A DNA stretch of 34,106 nucleotides, taken from assembly GCA_021106655.1 (NCBI GenBank), contig JAIOTT010000066.1:1-34106 (forward strand), read 5' to 3'. The notes beneath the pieces are model-generated. The model made no database searches, was not told the DNA's origin, and worked only from the letters and a program-made list of their open reading frames with translations. Shown here in pieces: positions 15,611 through 24,819 of this stretch; the first letter of the stretch is position 1, and each line of letters begins with the position of its first letter. The stretch is from Bacteroidales bacterium. Lineage in GTDB: Bacteria; Bacteroidota; Bacteroidia; Bacteroidales; SMBSF77. Both the position numbers and the translations under genes were made by a program.

Positions 15611-16713
15611 CAATAACGATTCAACAACTCAATAAACTCAAACCTCTGATTCCGCAATTGTGGCTCAAAACCTGCCTCTCTGATCGCCTCCTGAATTCCA
15701 GGAATATCGAATTGGTGATCAGCACCTGCTTTTGAGACAACATTCTCCTCTATCATCACCGAACCAAAATCATTTGCCCCGCCATGAAGACAAAGTTGAG
15801 CAGTCTCCTTGCCTACTGTTAACCAAGATGCCTGTATGTTGTTTATATTAGGAAGCATTATCCTGCTTATAGCGATCAATCTGACATACTCATCAGCCAT
15901 AACTTTATTGAAAACACCATATCGTTTTTTCAAAACTGTCCCTTCAGCCTGAAAAGGCCAGGGAATAAAAGAAACAAAACCTATAGCATCTACCGGTTTT
16001 TCATTTTGTACTCTCCTGATTGCCACCAGGTGCTCCATACGTTCAGCAATAGTTTCAATGTGTCCGAACATCATTGTAGCAGATGTTGAAATACCCAGGT
16101 GATGAGCTGCCCTCATAACATCCAGCCACTCTTTTGCTGTGCATTTATTCCGAGAGATCTTCGAACGAACTCTCTCAACAAGTATCTCGGCACCGGCTCC
16201 GGGCAAACTGTCCATTCCCGCTTCAATAAGAGTAGTCAATATTTCTTTATAGGATTGCTTTTCCATTTCCGACAGATGAACTATCTCAGGTGGGCCTAAA
16301 GCATGTAGCTTTAAGTCAGGAAAAAAAGTCTTCAGATCCCTGAATAACCTTAAATAGAAATCAAGTCCAAGCTCAGGATGCATGCCTCCCTGTATTAGTA
16401 ATTGCTTTCCTCCATAACTATATAGTTCTTCAATCTTTTTTTTATACTGATCCAAAGTTGTGATATAAGCTTCAGGGTGATTTAAGGATTTATAAAAATT
16501 ACAGAACTGACATCCAGAAACACAAACATTTGTAATATTTACATTCCTGTCGATGATCCATGTTACAATTTTATCAGGATGTAACTCTTTTCTAATGCTA
16601 TCAGCAATCAGCATTAATTCAGATGTCGGTGCATTCTCAAAAAGGAAACAGGCTTCCTCAACCGATATTTCCTGTTGATCCAATGATCTATTATATAGCT
16701 TTTCAAGATTCAT
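15607..16713 (-). CDS. Radical SAM enzyme of the MqnC/MqnE/CofH family (futalosine-pathway menaquinone biosynthesis type)
   Basis: CVSGCQFCNFY is a CxxxCxxC cluster. LIQGGMHPEL, SLPGAGAEIL and ATMMFGHIET are also present. The ATG at 16713 (MNLEKLYN) is preferred over the TTG at 16740. The stop overlaps the ORF6N stop region by 4 nt, convergently. I cannot separate MqnC from MqnE by eye. Confidence 0.7.
   Translation of the reverse strand: MNLEKLYNRSLDQQEISVEEACFLFENAPTSELMLIADSIRKELHPDKIVTWIIDRNVNITNVCVSGCQFCNFYKSLNHPEAYITTLDQYKKKIEELYSYGGKQLLIQGGMHPELGLDFYLRLFRDLKTFFPDLKLHALGPPEIVHLSEMEKQSYKEILTTLIEAGMDSLPGAGAEILVERVRSKISRNKCTAKEWLDVMRAAHHLGISTSATMMFGHIETIAERMEHLVAIRRVQNEKPVDAIGFVSFIPWPFQAEGTVLKKRYGVFNKVMADEYVRLIAISRIMLPNINNIQASWLTVGKETAQLCLHGGANDFGSVMIEENVVSKAGADHQFDIPGIQEAIREAGFEPQLRNQRFEFIELLNRYC
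15640..15690 (-). repeat. Direct repeat copy B, inside the live 3' end of the radical-SAM gene
   Basis: The minus strand reads EAIREAGFEPQLRNQRF. See copy A at 14769-14819. Confidence 0.85.
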
Positions 16714-16746
16714 GTAATGTAATTCAAATAGAGGCAGCAAAATTAC

Positions 16747-16754
16747 TATTTTTG
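16747..16754 (+). promoter_or_regulatory. Bacteroidota-type -7 box (TAnnTTTG)
   Basis: TATTTTTG lies about 145 nt upstream of the pepA start, so the inverted-repeat element at 16781-16870 would be in the leader. Confidence 0.35.
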
Positions 16755-16780
16755 TGCAATTGTAATTAAAATAAAAAATG

Positions 16781-16870
16781 CCACCAAGACACTAAGTCAC
16801 CAAGAGTCACAAAAAAGTTAAACATGATAATATAACTTTGTGAATTCTTTGAGCCTTAGAGTCTTTACGG
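16781..16870. repeat. Imperfect ~33-nt inverted repeat (CCACCAAGACACTAAGTCACCAAGAGTCACAAA / TTTGTGAATTCTTTGAGCCTTAGAGTCTTTACGG)
   Basis: The arms are at 16781-16813 and 16837-16870 with a 23-nt loop. Several arm differences would be G-U pairs in a plus-strand RNA. Confidence 0.6.
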
Positions 16871-16898
16871 CTAATTAATCCCTAATTAATAAGGCTCA

Positions 16899-18332
16899 AT
16901 GAAAACACTAATCAAAAAAACCAACAGCATAGCTTCAAATGCTAATGTTGTTTTGCTAATAAAAAATACTAAATCCATCCCGAATGGATACCTTAATGCA
17001 AAAGAAAAAAAATATGTGGTAACACAACACAAACAAAAGAAACATCTGATTCCGTTCAACCGACTAGACAAGTGGGTTTTTATTCAGTTTTTAAGTGATG
17101 AAAAAGAGGCCTGTAAAAGACTGGAAGAGTGTCGAAAAGCAGGAAATAAGTTACAGGAAATACTTAATGAAAATAAACTTAAAGAGATTACAATTATTGA
17201 TGTTGAAGAAAATAATGATGATACTATTGCCTTTGCTGAGGGGATGGTACTTGGAAACTATCAATTTCTGAAATATCTTAAAAAAACTGATGAAAGGCTA
17301 AACACCTTAGGAGAAATAAAACTGTTTTCTTCTAAAATTAAAAAGAATCAGCTTGACACTTTAAATATTATTCTCATAAGCACTTGCAAATGCAGGGATC
17401 TTATTAATGAACCAGTATCTTTCATGACAGCTAAGCAACTGGCAAGCGAAGTTCAGTCTTTAGGCAAAGATTGTGGAGCAAAAGTAGAAGTAATGAACAA
17501 GAAGAAAATTGAAAGTTTGAAGATGGGCGGATTGTTGGCAGTGAATAAGGGAAGCATCGACCCTCCTGCTTTTATTATTATGGAATGGAAGCCGGAAAAA
17601 TACACCAATAACAAGCCATATGTTTTTGTCGGGAAAGGAATAGTATACGACACAGGAGGATTGAACATTAAGACCGGTAAGTATATGGAAGATATGAAGA
17701 GTGATATGTCTGGTGCAGCGGCAGTTGCAGCGGCAGTATATGCTATTTCGAAAGCGAAACTTCCGATCCATGTTATTGGCTTAATCCCGGCAACAGATAA
17801 CCGTCTTAATGGTAACGCTTATGCTTCCGGTGATGTCATTAAGATGCATAATGGAAGTACAGTTGAAGTGATAAATACTGATGCAGAGGGGAGGATGATA
17901 CTTGCAGATGCATTAAGTTATGCAAAAGAATTTGACCCGTTATTGGTGATTGATCTGGCAACTCTGACAGGATCAGCTGTGATGGCAATTGGCTCCAAAG
18001 GAATAGTTGCTATGTCAGCAAAGTGCATAAAACAATTTAAAGAGCTTGAAAAAAGTGGCTTAAATGTATACGAACGCCTTGTTAAATTCCCTTTCTGGGA
18101 TGAATATAAAGAAGATCTTAAATCAAATATTGCTGACATAAAAAACCTCGGAGGACCTGAAGCTGGTGCTATCACAGCTGGAAAATTCCTGGAACATTTC
18201 ACCGATTATCCTTACATACATCTCGATATTGCCGGACCTGCATTCCTAAATAAAAAAGACTCATACAGAGGGCAAGGTGGAAGCGGTACCGGCGTCAGGC
18301 TGCTTTTCGATTTTATTTCCCGAAAAGTCTAA
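16899..18332 (+). CDS. pepA: Leucyl aminopeptidase (M17 family)
   Basis: 477-aa ORF with VGKGIVYDTGGLNIK and the NTDAEGRMILADAL signature. Confidence 0.9.
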   Translation: MKTLIKKTNSIASNANVVLLIKNTKSIPNGYLNAKEKKYVVTQHKQKKHLIPFNRLDKWVFIQFLSDEKEACKRLEECRKAGNKLQEILNENKLKEITIIDVEENNDDTIAFAEGMVLGNYQFLKYLKKTDERLNTLGEIKLFSSKIKKNQLDTLNIILISTCKCRDLINEPVSFMTAKQLASEVQSLGKDCGAKVEVMNKKKIESLKMGGLLAVNKGSIDPPAFIIMEWKPEKYTNNKPYVFVGKGIVYDTGGLNIKTGKYMEDMKSDMSGAAAVAAAVYAISKAKLPIHVIGLIPATDNRLNGNAYASGDVIKMHNGSTVEVINTDAEGRMILADALSYAKEFDPLLVIDLATLTGSAVMAIGSKGIVAMSAKCIKQFKELEKSGLNVYERLVKFPFWDEYKEDLKSNIADIKNLGGPEAGAITAGKFLEHFTDYPYIHLDIAGPAFLNKKDSYRGQGGSGTGVRLLFDFISRKV

Positions 18333-18374
18333 GCTAACATTATTACCTACAATCATCCGAACTTGTTAACCTTT

Positions 18375-18427
18375 AAACCTGCATATCTGTATATCTTAAA
18401 CCTGTATATCTTACACCTATATATCTT
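18375..18427. repeat. Degenerate tandem repeat with core ACCTRTATATCTT (~15-bp period, 3-4 units)
   Basis: aaacctgcatatct gtatatctt aaacctgtatatctt acacctatatatctt, immediately upstream of the pdxA -7 box. Confidence 0.7.
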
Positions 18428-18441
18428 TATAATAATAGTTC

Positions 18442-18449
18442 TATATTTG
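18442..18449 (+). promoter_or_regulatory. Bacteroidota-type -7 box (TAnnTTTG)
   Basis: TATATTTG lies 18 nt upstream of the pdxA ATG. Confidence 0.5.
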
Positions 18450-18466
18450 TAAAAAATATTTAAGCG

Positions 18467-19552
18467 ATGAACAAAGTGCCTGAAAAAGAAAAAAGAATAA
18501 GAATAGGAATAACCCATGGTGATCTTAATAGCATAAGTTATGAAGTTATTATTAAAACATTTTTAGATTCCCAGATATTGGAATTATTTACACCAATATT
18601 ATACGGATCCTCAAAAATTGCATCCTATCATAGAAAATCTTTAAATATCACTGATTTTAGTTTTAACCTGATAAAAAGACCTGAACTTGCAAATCCCAAG
18701 CGACCAAATATTTATAATATACTGGATCAGGAAGTAAAGATTGAACTTGGAAAATCAACTAAAATTGCAGGCGAACTTGCACTTCTATCGCTTGAGACAG
18801 CAACGAAAGATCTTCATAATAATCTTATAGATGTTCTTGTAACAGGGCCAATCAATAAAAGTAATATCCAATCTGCTAGTTTTGACTTTCCCGGCCATAC
18901 TGAATATCTTGCAAAAAAATTTAATACAAAAGACTATTTAATGCTTATGGTAAGTGAAGACCTTAGGGTTGGAGCGATCACCGGGCATATTCCTTTAAAG
19001 GATGTTGCACCCAGCATAACTGCTGAGCTGATCATCGATAAAGTTCAAATATTGAATGATTCACTCATAAAGGATTTCAGAATCAGAAAACCTAAAATTG
19101 CTATTCTGGGACTTAATCCACATGCCAGTGATGAGAGTCTACATGGAAATGAAGAAGAAGAGATCATAATTCCTGCTATTAAACAAGCATTTGACAAGAA
19201 CATCCTTGTTTACGGGCCATATCCGGCTGATGGATTTTTTGGGTCTTCAAAGTATACTAAATTTGATGGAATACTTGCAATGTATCACGATCAGGCTATG
19301 ATACCTTTTAAGACTATGGCCAGTAAAAGTGGTGTTAATTTCACAGCCGGCTTGCCAGTTGTAAGAACTTCACCTTCTCATGGTACTGCATTCGACCTTG
19401 CAGGAAAAGATAGTGCTTCGCCGGATTCATTCCGTAATGCATTATATCTTGCATGTGATATATACAAAAACCGTGAATTGCATAAAGAATTAAACAAAGA
19501 TCCTCTTGACATAAAAATTTCTGAAAACAATTCAGAGAATAAAAGTGCCTGA
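18467..19552 (+). CDS. pdxA: 4-hydroxythreonine-4-phosphate dehydrogenase
   Basis: 361-aa ORF with IGITHGDLNSISYEV, PGHTEYLA, LGLNPHASD and TSPSHGTAFDLAGK. It is the only gene in the window that ends in TGA. Confidence 0.85.
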   Translation: MNKVPEKEKRIRIGITHGDLNSISYEVIIKTFLDSQILELFTPILYGSSKIASYHRKSLNITDFSFNLIKRPELANPKRPNIYNILDQEVKIELGKSTKIAGELALLSLETATKDLHNNLIDVLVTGPINKSNIQSASFDFPGHTEYLAKKFNTKDYLMLMVSEDLRVGAITGHIPLKDVAPSITAELIIDKVQILNDSLIKDFRIRKPKIAILGLNPHASDESLHGNEEEEIIIPAIKQAFDKNILVYGPYPADGFFGSSKYTKFDGILAMYHDQAMIPFKTMASKSGVNFTAGLPVVRTSPSHGTAFDLAGKDSASPDSFRNALYLACDIYKNRELHKELNKDPLDIKISENNSENKSA

Positions 19553-19603
19553 TCCCGAGTACTTGGGAGGAGTGACTAGAATGCCTTAAGTTATCTATTA
19601 TTT

Positions 19604-22096
19604 ATGACTTCTACCCTAAGCTATAGTATTGAAAAAATTACCAGAATTATAAATGGTAAGGTGCTGTATATGCCGGAACCGGATAGTGTTATCAAAGATA
19701 TATTATTCGATAGCCGGAAACTTGTTTCACCTGAAAAAAGTTTGTTCTTTGCTATATCCACAAAAAAAAATGATGGGCATAAATACATTCCTGAACTATA
19801 CAAAAATGGTATCAGGAACTTTGTAATATCAAGCAAAGATGAAGATATTAATAAACTCTCAAATACTAATTTCATATTAACTAACAACACTCTTAAAGCA
19901 CTTCAGGATCTTTGCTCTCACCACCGTCAACAATTTAATATCCCTGTTCTTGGAATTACTGGCAGCAATGGTAAAACAATAGTGAAAGAATGGCTATATC
20001 AGTTAATGAGCCCTGATAAAAATATAATACGAAGTCCGAAAAGTTATAATTCACAGATTGGAGTTCCATTATCAGTATGGCAGATTGATCCTACAAATGA
20101 GCTGGCAATATTTGAAGCAGGAATATCAATGGAAGGAGAGATGAAAAGTCTTCAGGAAATTATCAGGCCGGATATTGGGATATTTACAAATATCGGTTCG
20201 GCCCACGATGAAAACTTTAAGGGGAAACAACAAAAAATCAGAGAGAAATTAAAATTATTTTACAGTGCTAAAACACTGATATATTGTAAGGATTATCGTG
20301 AGTTAGATCATGAGATCCTTGATACTTACGAATTAAACAAAGTTAAAAAACACAGCTGGGGAAAGGATAGTAACAATGATCTTCATGTTTTAAATATCAA
20401 TCGACAAACGAATAAAACAAAAATTATTGGTGCATATAATAATGAAAAACTGGAAATTGATATCCCGTTTAGCGATAATGCCTCCATCGAAAACGCCATA
20501 CATTGCTGGCTTACTCTTCTCTTATTGGGTTACAATAACGAAATAATAAAGTTGAGGATGGCAGATCTTCATCCTGTTGCTATGCGCCTGGAGCTTAAAG
20601 AAGGAATTAACGACTGCTCCATAATAAACGACAGCTACAGTTCAGATATTAACTCTCTCGAAATTGCTCTCGACTTCCTTGACCAACAGCAACAACACAA
20701 CAAAAAAACAGTTATTCTATCAGATATCCTTCAAAGTGGAAGGCAGGATGATGAACTATATCATGAAGTTGGGCAGCTTTTATCTAATAAGGGTGTGAGT
20801 AAAATAGTGGGAATAGGGCCGGCGATAAGCAAGCAATCCGTGAATTTTAAAATGGAAAAAACCTTTTATCTGTCAACTGAGAATTTCCTTAACAATTTTC
20901 CATTCTCAAACTTTTTTAAAGAGAATATCCTTCTTAAAGGAGCCAGAGTCTTTGAATTTGAAAAGATAAGTGCTTCTCTGCAGGAAAAAACCCATGCTAC
21001 AATTCTTGAAATAAACCTTGATTCACTTGTACATAACCTCAATTATTTCCGCTCTAAACTCAATGCCAAAACAAAAATAATGGCAATGGTGAAAGCCTTT
21101 TCATATGGTAGCGGAAGTTATGAAATCGCTAACATTCTCCAATTTCATCATATCGACTATTTGACTGTTGCTTATGCAGATGAAGGTGTGCAACTGAGAA
21201 ATACCGGAATTAATGTTCCCATCATGGTAATGAGTCCCGACAAAGAAAGTCTTGAAATTATCCGGAAATATAATCTTGAACCTGAAATATACAGTTTCAG
21301 GATACTTGATCAGTTGATCAATTCTATTAAAGATAATGGAAACAGGCAAAACTCCTTTAAAGTTCACATCAAACTGGATACAGGAATGCACAGGCTGGGC
21401 TTTGAAGCAGAGGAAATTGATCGCCTGGTTTCAAAATTAAGAGAAAATAAAAATATAAAAATCTGCTCAATATTTTCTCATCTGACATCCAGTGAAGATC
21501 CAAAACACGACACTTTTACAAAACAACAGATACAGCAATTCAAAGAAATGAGCAGTAAGATCACTACGGCTCTTGAATACCCTGTTCTTCTTCATATCCT
21601 TAACTCAGCCGGCATCAACAGGTTTCCCGAAGCACAGTTTGATATGGTAAGGCTTGGAATAAGCCTGTATGGTATATCTGCAAATAAATCAGAACAGGAA
21701 AACCTGCAACAAATCGGAAGCCTGAAATCTTCCATTTCACAAATAAAACATATAAACCCTAATGAAACAATAGGCTATAACAGGCAATGGACAACGCAAA
21801 AACACACTGACATTGCTACAATAGCTGTTGGCTATGCTGACGGACTAAACAGGAAACTGGGAAATGGAAAAGGCATCGTCCTTATTAATAACAAGCTTGT
21901 TCCAATAATTGGAAATATATGCATGGACATGTGTATGGTTGACATTACCGGAATAAATGTCAAAGAAGGCGATGAAGTTATTATTTTTGGCAAGAATAAC
22001 ACAATCAGTAAAATGGCTGAAACCTTAAACACTATCCCTTATGAGATATTAACCAGCATTTCACAAAGAGTCAAACGAGTTTATTACCGGGAGTAA
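19604..22096 (+). CDS. Bifunctional UDP-MurNAc-tripeptide:D-Ala-D-Ala ligase (MurF) / alanine racemase (Alr) fusion
   Basis: 830-aa ORF. The Mur ligase P-loop GITGSNGKT is in the N-half. The C-half has the PLP-lysine motif MVKAFSYGSG and a racemase C-terminal (GYADG, PYEILTSISQRV). Confidence 0.85.
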   Translation: MTSTLSYSIEKITRIINGKVLYMPEPDSVIKDILFDSRKLVSPEKSLFFAISTKKNDGHKYIPELYKNGIRNFVISSKDEDINKLSNTNFILTNNTLKALQDLCSHHRQQFNIPVLGITGSNGKTIVKEWLYQLMSPDKNIIRSPKSYNSQIGVPLSVWQIDPTNELAIFEAGISMEGEMKSLQEIIRPDIGIFTNIGSAHDENFKGKQQKIREKLKLFYSAKTLIYCKDYRELDHEILDTYELNKVKKHSWGKDSNNDLHVLNINRQTNKTKIIGAYNNEKLEIDIPFSDNASIENAIHCWLTLLLLGYNNEIIKLRMADLHPVAMRLELKEGINDCSIINDSYSSDINSLEIALDFLDQQQQHNKKTVILSDILQSGRQDDELYHEVGQLLSNKGVSKIVGIGPAISKQSVNFKMEKTFYLSTENFLNNFPFSNFFKENILLKGARVFEFEKISASLQEKTHATILEINLDSLVHNLNYFRSKLNAKTKIMAMVKAFSYGSGSYEIANILQFHHIDYLTVAYADEGVQLRNTGINVPIMVMSPDKESLEIIRKYNLEPEIYSFRILDQLINSIKDNGNRQNSFKVHIKLDTGMHRLGFEAEEIDRLVSKLRENKNIKICSIFSHLTSSEDPKHDTFTKQQIQQFKEMSSKITTALEYPVLLHILNSAGINRFPEAQFDMVRLGISLYGISANKSEQENLQQIGSLKSSISQIKHINPNETIGYNRQWTTQKHTDIATIAVGYADGLNRKLGNGKGIVLINNKLVPIIGNICMDMCMVDITGINVKEGDEVIIFGKNNTISKMAETLNTIPYEILTSISQRVKRVYYRE

Positions 22097-22109
22097 TTCA
22101 TTACACAAA

Positions 22110-22140
22110 CAATTTAACAATATAGCAATTTAACAATATA
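22110..22140. repeat. Perfect 15-bp direct repeat CAATTTAACAATATA x2 (1-nt spacer)
   Basis: 22110-22124 and 22126-22140, ending 6 nt before the GT2 start. Confidence 0.8.
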
Positions 22141-22146
22141 TCCTCC

Positions 22147-22872
22147 ATGAAACTTTCAATCATTATTCCTGCATATAATGAAGAAGCTACAATTCAGCAG
22201 ATCCTTGATAAGGTAATTGAAGTATCTTTAATTAATAATATTCAAAAGGAGATCATTATTATAAATGACTCCTCCACAGATAACACACAGGCAATAGTTG
22301 AAGACTATATGTCAACACATAAAGAAATATCCATTGAACTTATTAACCAGCAACGAAATAGGGGAAAAGGAGCTGCAATACATAAAGGTATTGATGTAGC
22401 AGGCGGCGACTATTTGATTATACAGGATGCAGACATGGAATATGACCCAGAGGAATATAACACTCTCCTTAAACCTGTTATGATGGGTACAGCAGATGTC
22501 GTTTACGGATCACGGTTTTCAGGTGGTGAACCTCACAGGATCCTATTTTTCTGGCATTCCATCGGAAATAAATTCCTGACACTTCTTTCTAATATTTTCA
22601 CCAATCTGAATCTAACTGATATGGAAACATGTTATAAGCTCTTCCGGTCAGATATTATTAAGAAATTACTGTTTAAAGAAAATCGTTTTGGCTTTGAGCC
22701 TGAAGTAACTGCAAAAATTTCCAGGGTCCCCAACATACGTATTTATGAAGTGGGTATCTCATATTATGGCAGAACCTATGCAGAAGGGAAAAAAATCAAT
22801 TATAAAGATGGTTTTAGGGCTATCTATTGCATACTTAAATACAATATCTTTGACCGCAAGTTTTTAAAGTAA
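22147..22872 (+). CDS. Family 2 glycosyltransferase (polyprenyl-phosphate sugar synthase-like)
   Basis: 241-aa ORF with LSIIIPAYNEE, INDSSTD and IIQDADMEYDP. Confidence 0.8.
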   Translation: MKLSIIIPAYNEEATIQQILDKVIEVSLINNIQKEIIIINDSSTDNTQAIVEDYMSTHKEISIELINQQRNRGKGAAIHKGIDVAGGDYLIIQDADMEYDPEEYNTLLKPVMMGTADVVYGSRFSGGEPHRILFFWHSIGNKFLTLLSNIFTNLNLTDMETCYKLFRSDIIKKLLFKENRFGFEPEVTAKISRVPNIRIYEVGISYYGRTYAEGKKINYKDGFRAIYCILKYNIFDRKFLK

Positions 22873-22906
22873 GAGACTACAATTAACACTTTTAGATTAT
22901 GGTTTT

Positions 22907-22990
22907 CTTAGTGCCACTTTGTGAATATCCTTAGTGCACCTTTGTGTTAATTTTTTTTATCACAAAGTACATCACGAAGGAACCACAAAG
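22907..22990. repeat. Composite element: two direct CTTAGTGC..CTTTGTG units followed by two inverted CACAAAG units
   Basis: Direct units at 22907-22923 and 22930-22946. CACAAAG occurs at 22961-22967 and 22984-22990, with a T8 tract between the halves. Confidence 0.6.
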
Positions 22991-23022
22991 AAATAATTAG
23001 ATTTTTAAGCTTTTCAGGCAAA

Positions 23023-23898
23023 ATGTATTTATTCAATTTTCATACACACACTTGTTTTTGTGACGGTTCTGATGAACCTCTTGCCTATGTGGAAGAGGCT
23101 GTAAGAAAAAGATTTACTGCTTTAGGATTTTCAGGTCATGCGCCAATTCCAATTGAAAATAACTTTGCCATTAAAGATAAATACCTTGGTAAATTCTGTG
23201 ATACTATCAGGGATCTCCAAACAAAATTTGCAGACAAGATAAAGATATTCCTTGCTCTTGAACTGGATTACATCCCGGGATTATCTCAAGAATTCAGTTT
23301 TTTCAAGAAACTTTGCCGGCTTGATTATACTATTGGATCTGTACATCTTATCCCTAACACAACCAATGATCGAATCTGGTTCATCGACGGACCAAAAACA
23401 GAAACCTATGATCAGGGCTTAAAGGAATTGTTTGATGGCAATATAAAAAGAGCTGTTAAAGCATATTATGAGCAGATCATCCAAATGATACTTACCCAAA
23501 AACCCGATATTATCGGACATATTGATAAAATAAAAATGCATAATCAGGACAGATTTTTTACTGAAGATGAGAGGTGGTATCAGGAACTGGTGGATAAAAC
23601 ACTCAAAATTATTCAGACCAAAGGAAACATCATAGAAATTAATACCAGGGGTATCTATAAAAAACGATCACCTTCTTTGTTCCCCGGAGTAAAGGTTCTG
23701 GAAAAGGCATATATGCTTGGAATACCTGTAACCATCAGCTCCGATGCACACAAACCTTCTGAGTTAGATTCATGTTTCGACATTGCATTGCAAACACTAA
23801 AAGATATTGGTTACAAAAGACTATCCGTTTATGATCATGATGGATGGAATTCGATTGACATCAGGGAATTTGCAATAAATAGTGACAAAGAAAAATAA
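23023..23898 (+). CDS. PHP-family histidinol-phosphatase-like hydrolase (HisJ family)
   Basis: 291-aa ORF with FHTHTCFCDGS, GFSGHAP, GSVH, IGHIDKIK and SSDAH. Confidence 0.75.
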   Translation: MYLFNFHTHTCFCDGSDEPLAYVEEAVRKRFTALGFSGHAPIPIENNFAIKDKYLGKFCDTIRDLQTKFADKIKIFLALELDYIPGLSQEFSFFKKLCRLDYTIGSVHLIPNTTNDRIWFIDGPKTETYDQGLKELFDGNIKRAVKAYYEQIIQMILTQKPDIIGHIDKIKMHNQDRFFTEDERWYQELVDKTLKIIQTKGNIIEINTRGIYKKRSPSLFPGVKVLEKAYMLGIPVTISSDAHKPSELDSCFDIALQTLKDIGYKRLSVYDHDGWNSIDIREFAINSDKEK

Positions 23899-24219
23899 AT
23901 GATTTCTACACCACCGCATCACAACTAGCCATATCTCTCATTTTTTTCAAAAGTCCCAGAGGGACTACATATTGGTAAAAAGCAAAGCTCATATTAGCGT
24001 CAAGTGCCGTTAGGTACGAAATATTTTGCATCAACAGCCTGGAAATTAAAAATTAATGCGAATCAAGGATTGAGATCATATTAAACAAAATAACACAAAG
24101 TATCAAAGAAAAAACGCCACTGATTTCACAGATTATCACAGAAAGAAAATAATTCTAATTAGCGCATTTGCGGCAAAAAAAGCTTTTTTCACCTCTTGAT
24201 TTGCATAATTAACATTATG

Positions 24220-24591
24220 TTATCGTGGAAGTATCGTAATAACCTCGTAAACCGAAAAGATCACATAAAAAATAAAGAAAGTGACAATAAAAGGAACTGC
24301 ATCAGGGCGATTGATGAAAACGTAGGCTAATATTACAATCAGATACAGAAAAAACCTTGAAAATGTAGCAAGCATATAATTAGAAATAAACCTTCGGGAT
24401 TTTTTCTCTTCTGCTTTTCTTAACATAGAATGTACTATCAAATTTACCGAGAAAAAGAAAATTATCAGATAAGGGAGAGTTGGTGTAATATAATTTTCAG
24501 GAAGAATAAAAGTCAAGGCATAGGATAATATTCCAATAATGATTGTAAAAACCATCAAATTCCTGATATGTGTTTTGAAACTTATAATCAT
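24220..24591 (-). CDS. Small 4-TM membrane protein of unknown function
   Basis: 123-aa ORF with four hydrophobic helices, 9 nt downstream of the AtpZ-like gene. Confidence 0.55.
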   Translation of the reverse strand: MIISFKTHIRNLMVFTIIIGILSYALTFILPENYITPTLPYLIIFFFSVNLIVHSMLRKAEEKKSRRFISNYMLATFSRFFLYLIVILAYVFINRPDAVPFIVTFFIFYVIFSVYEVITILPR

Positions 24592-24600
24592 AGATTTTGC

Positions 24601-24819
24601 TTATTTCTTCAAAAGATCTTTAATGACAACATAAATTGCGAGGCTAACTGACAATAGGGAAAAGATAAGTGTGAAAATCGGAAATTGTATCTTCAGGAGT
24701 TCATCAAGTTTATAGCCTCCAAAAACTCCTGCTAAAATTATAACAAGCATTTGCAGGGCAATACTTGAATATTTAGCATAGCTATTTAACTGCTTCTTCT
24801 TTTGCCTTATTGGCTTCAT
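24601..24819 (-). CDS. AtpZ/AtpI-family small membrane protein
   Basis: The likely start is MKPIRQKKKQLNSYAKYSSIALQMLVIILAGVFGGYKLDE at 24819, followed by two TM helices. The track start at 24888 runs deep into the bactofilin gene. Confidence 0.6.
   Translation of the reverse strand: MKPIRQKKKQLNSYAKYSSIALQMLVIILAGVFGGYKLDELLKIQFPIFTLIFSLLSVSLAIYVVIKDLLKK

Larger units (their letters stand above)
14820..15639. mobile_element. Putative 0.8-kb inserted cassette carrying a single ORF6N/KilA-N gene
   Basis: It is bounded by the 51-bp repeat pair and has a perfect hairpin at the left junction. The cargo gene family is typical of phage and ICEs. No recombinase is present. Confidence 0.45.

Noticed and set aside
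19762-19770. An A9 homopolymer inside murF-alr as a phase-variation switch.
   Set aside because: It lies in an essential cell-wall gene of an AT-rich genome where such tracts occur by chance. The frame is intact and nothing suggests variability.
19604-22096. The MurF-alanine racemase fusion as a novel bifunctional enzyme.
   Set aside because: This fusion is a known, widespread feature of Bacteroidota genomes. It supports the taxonomic call but is not novel.
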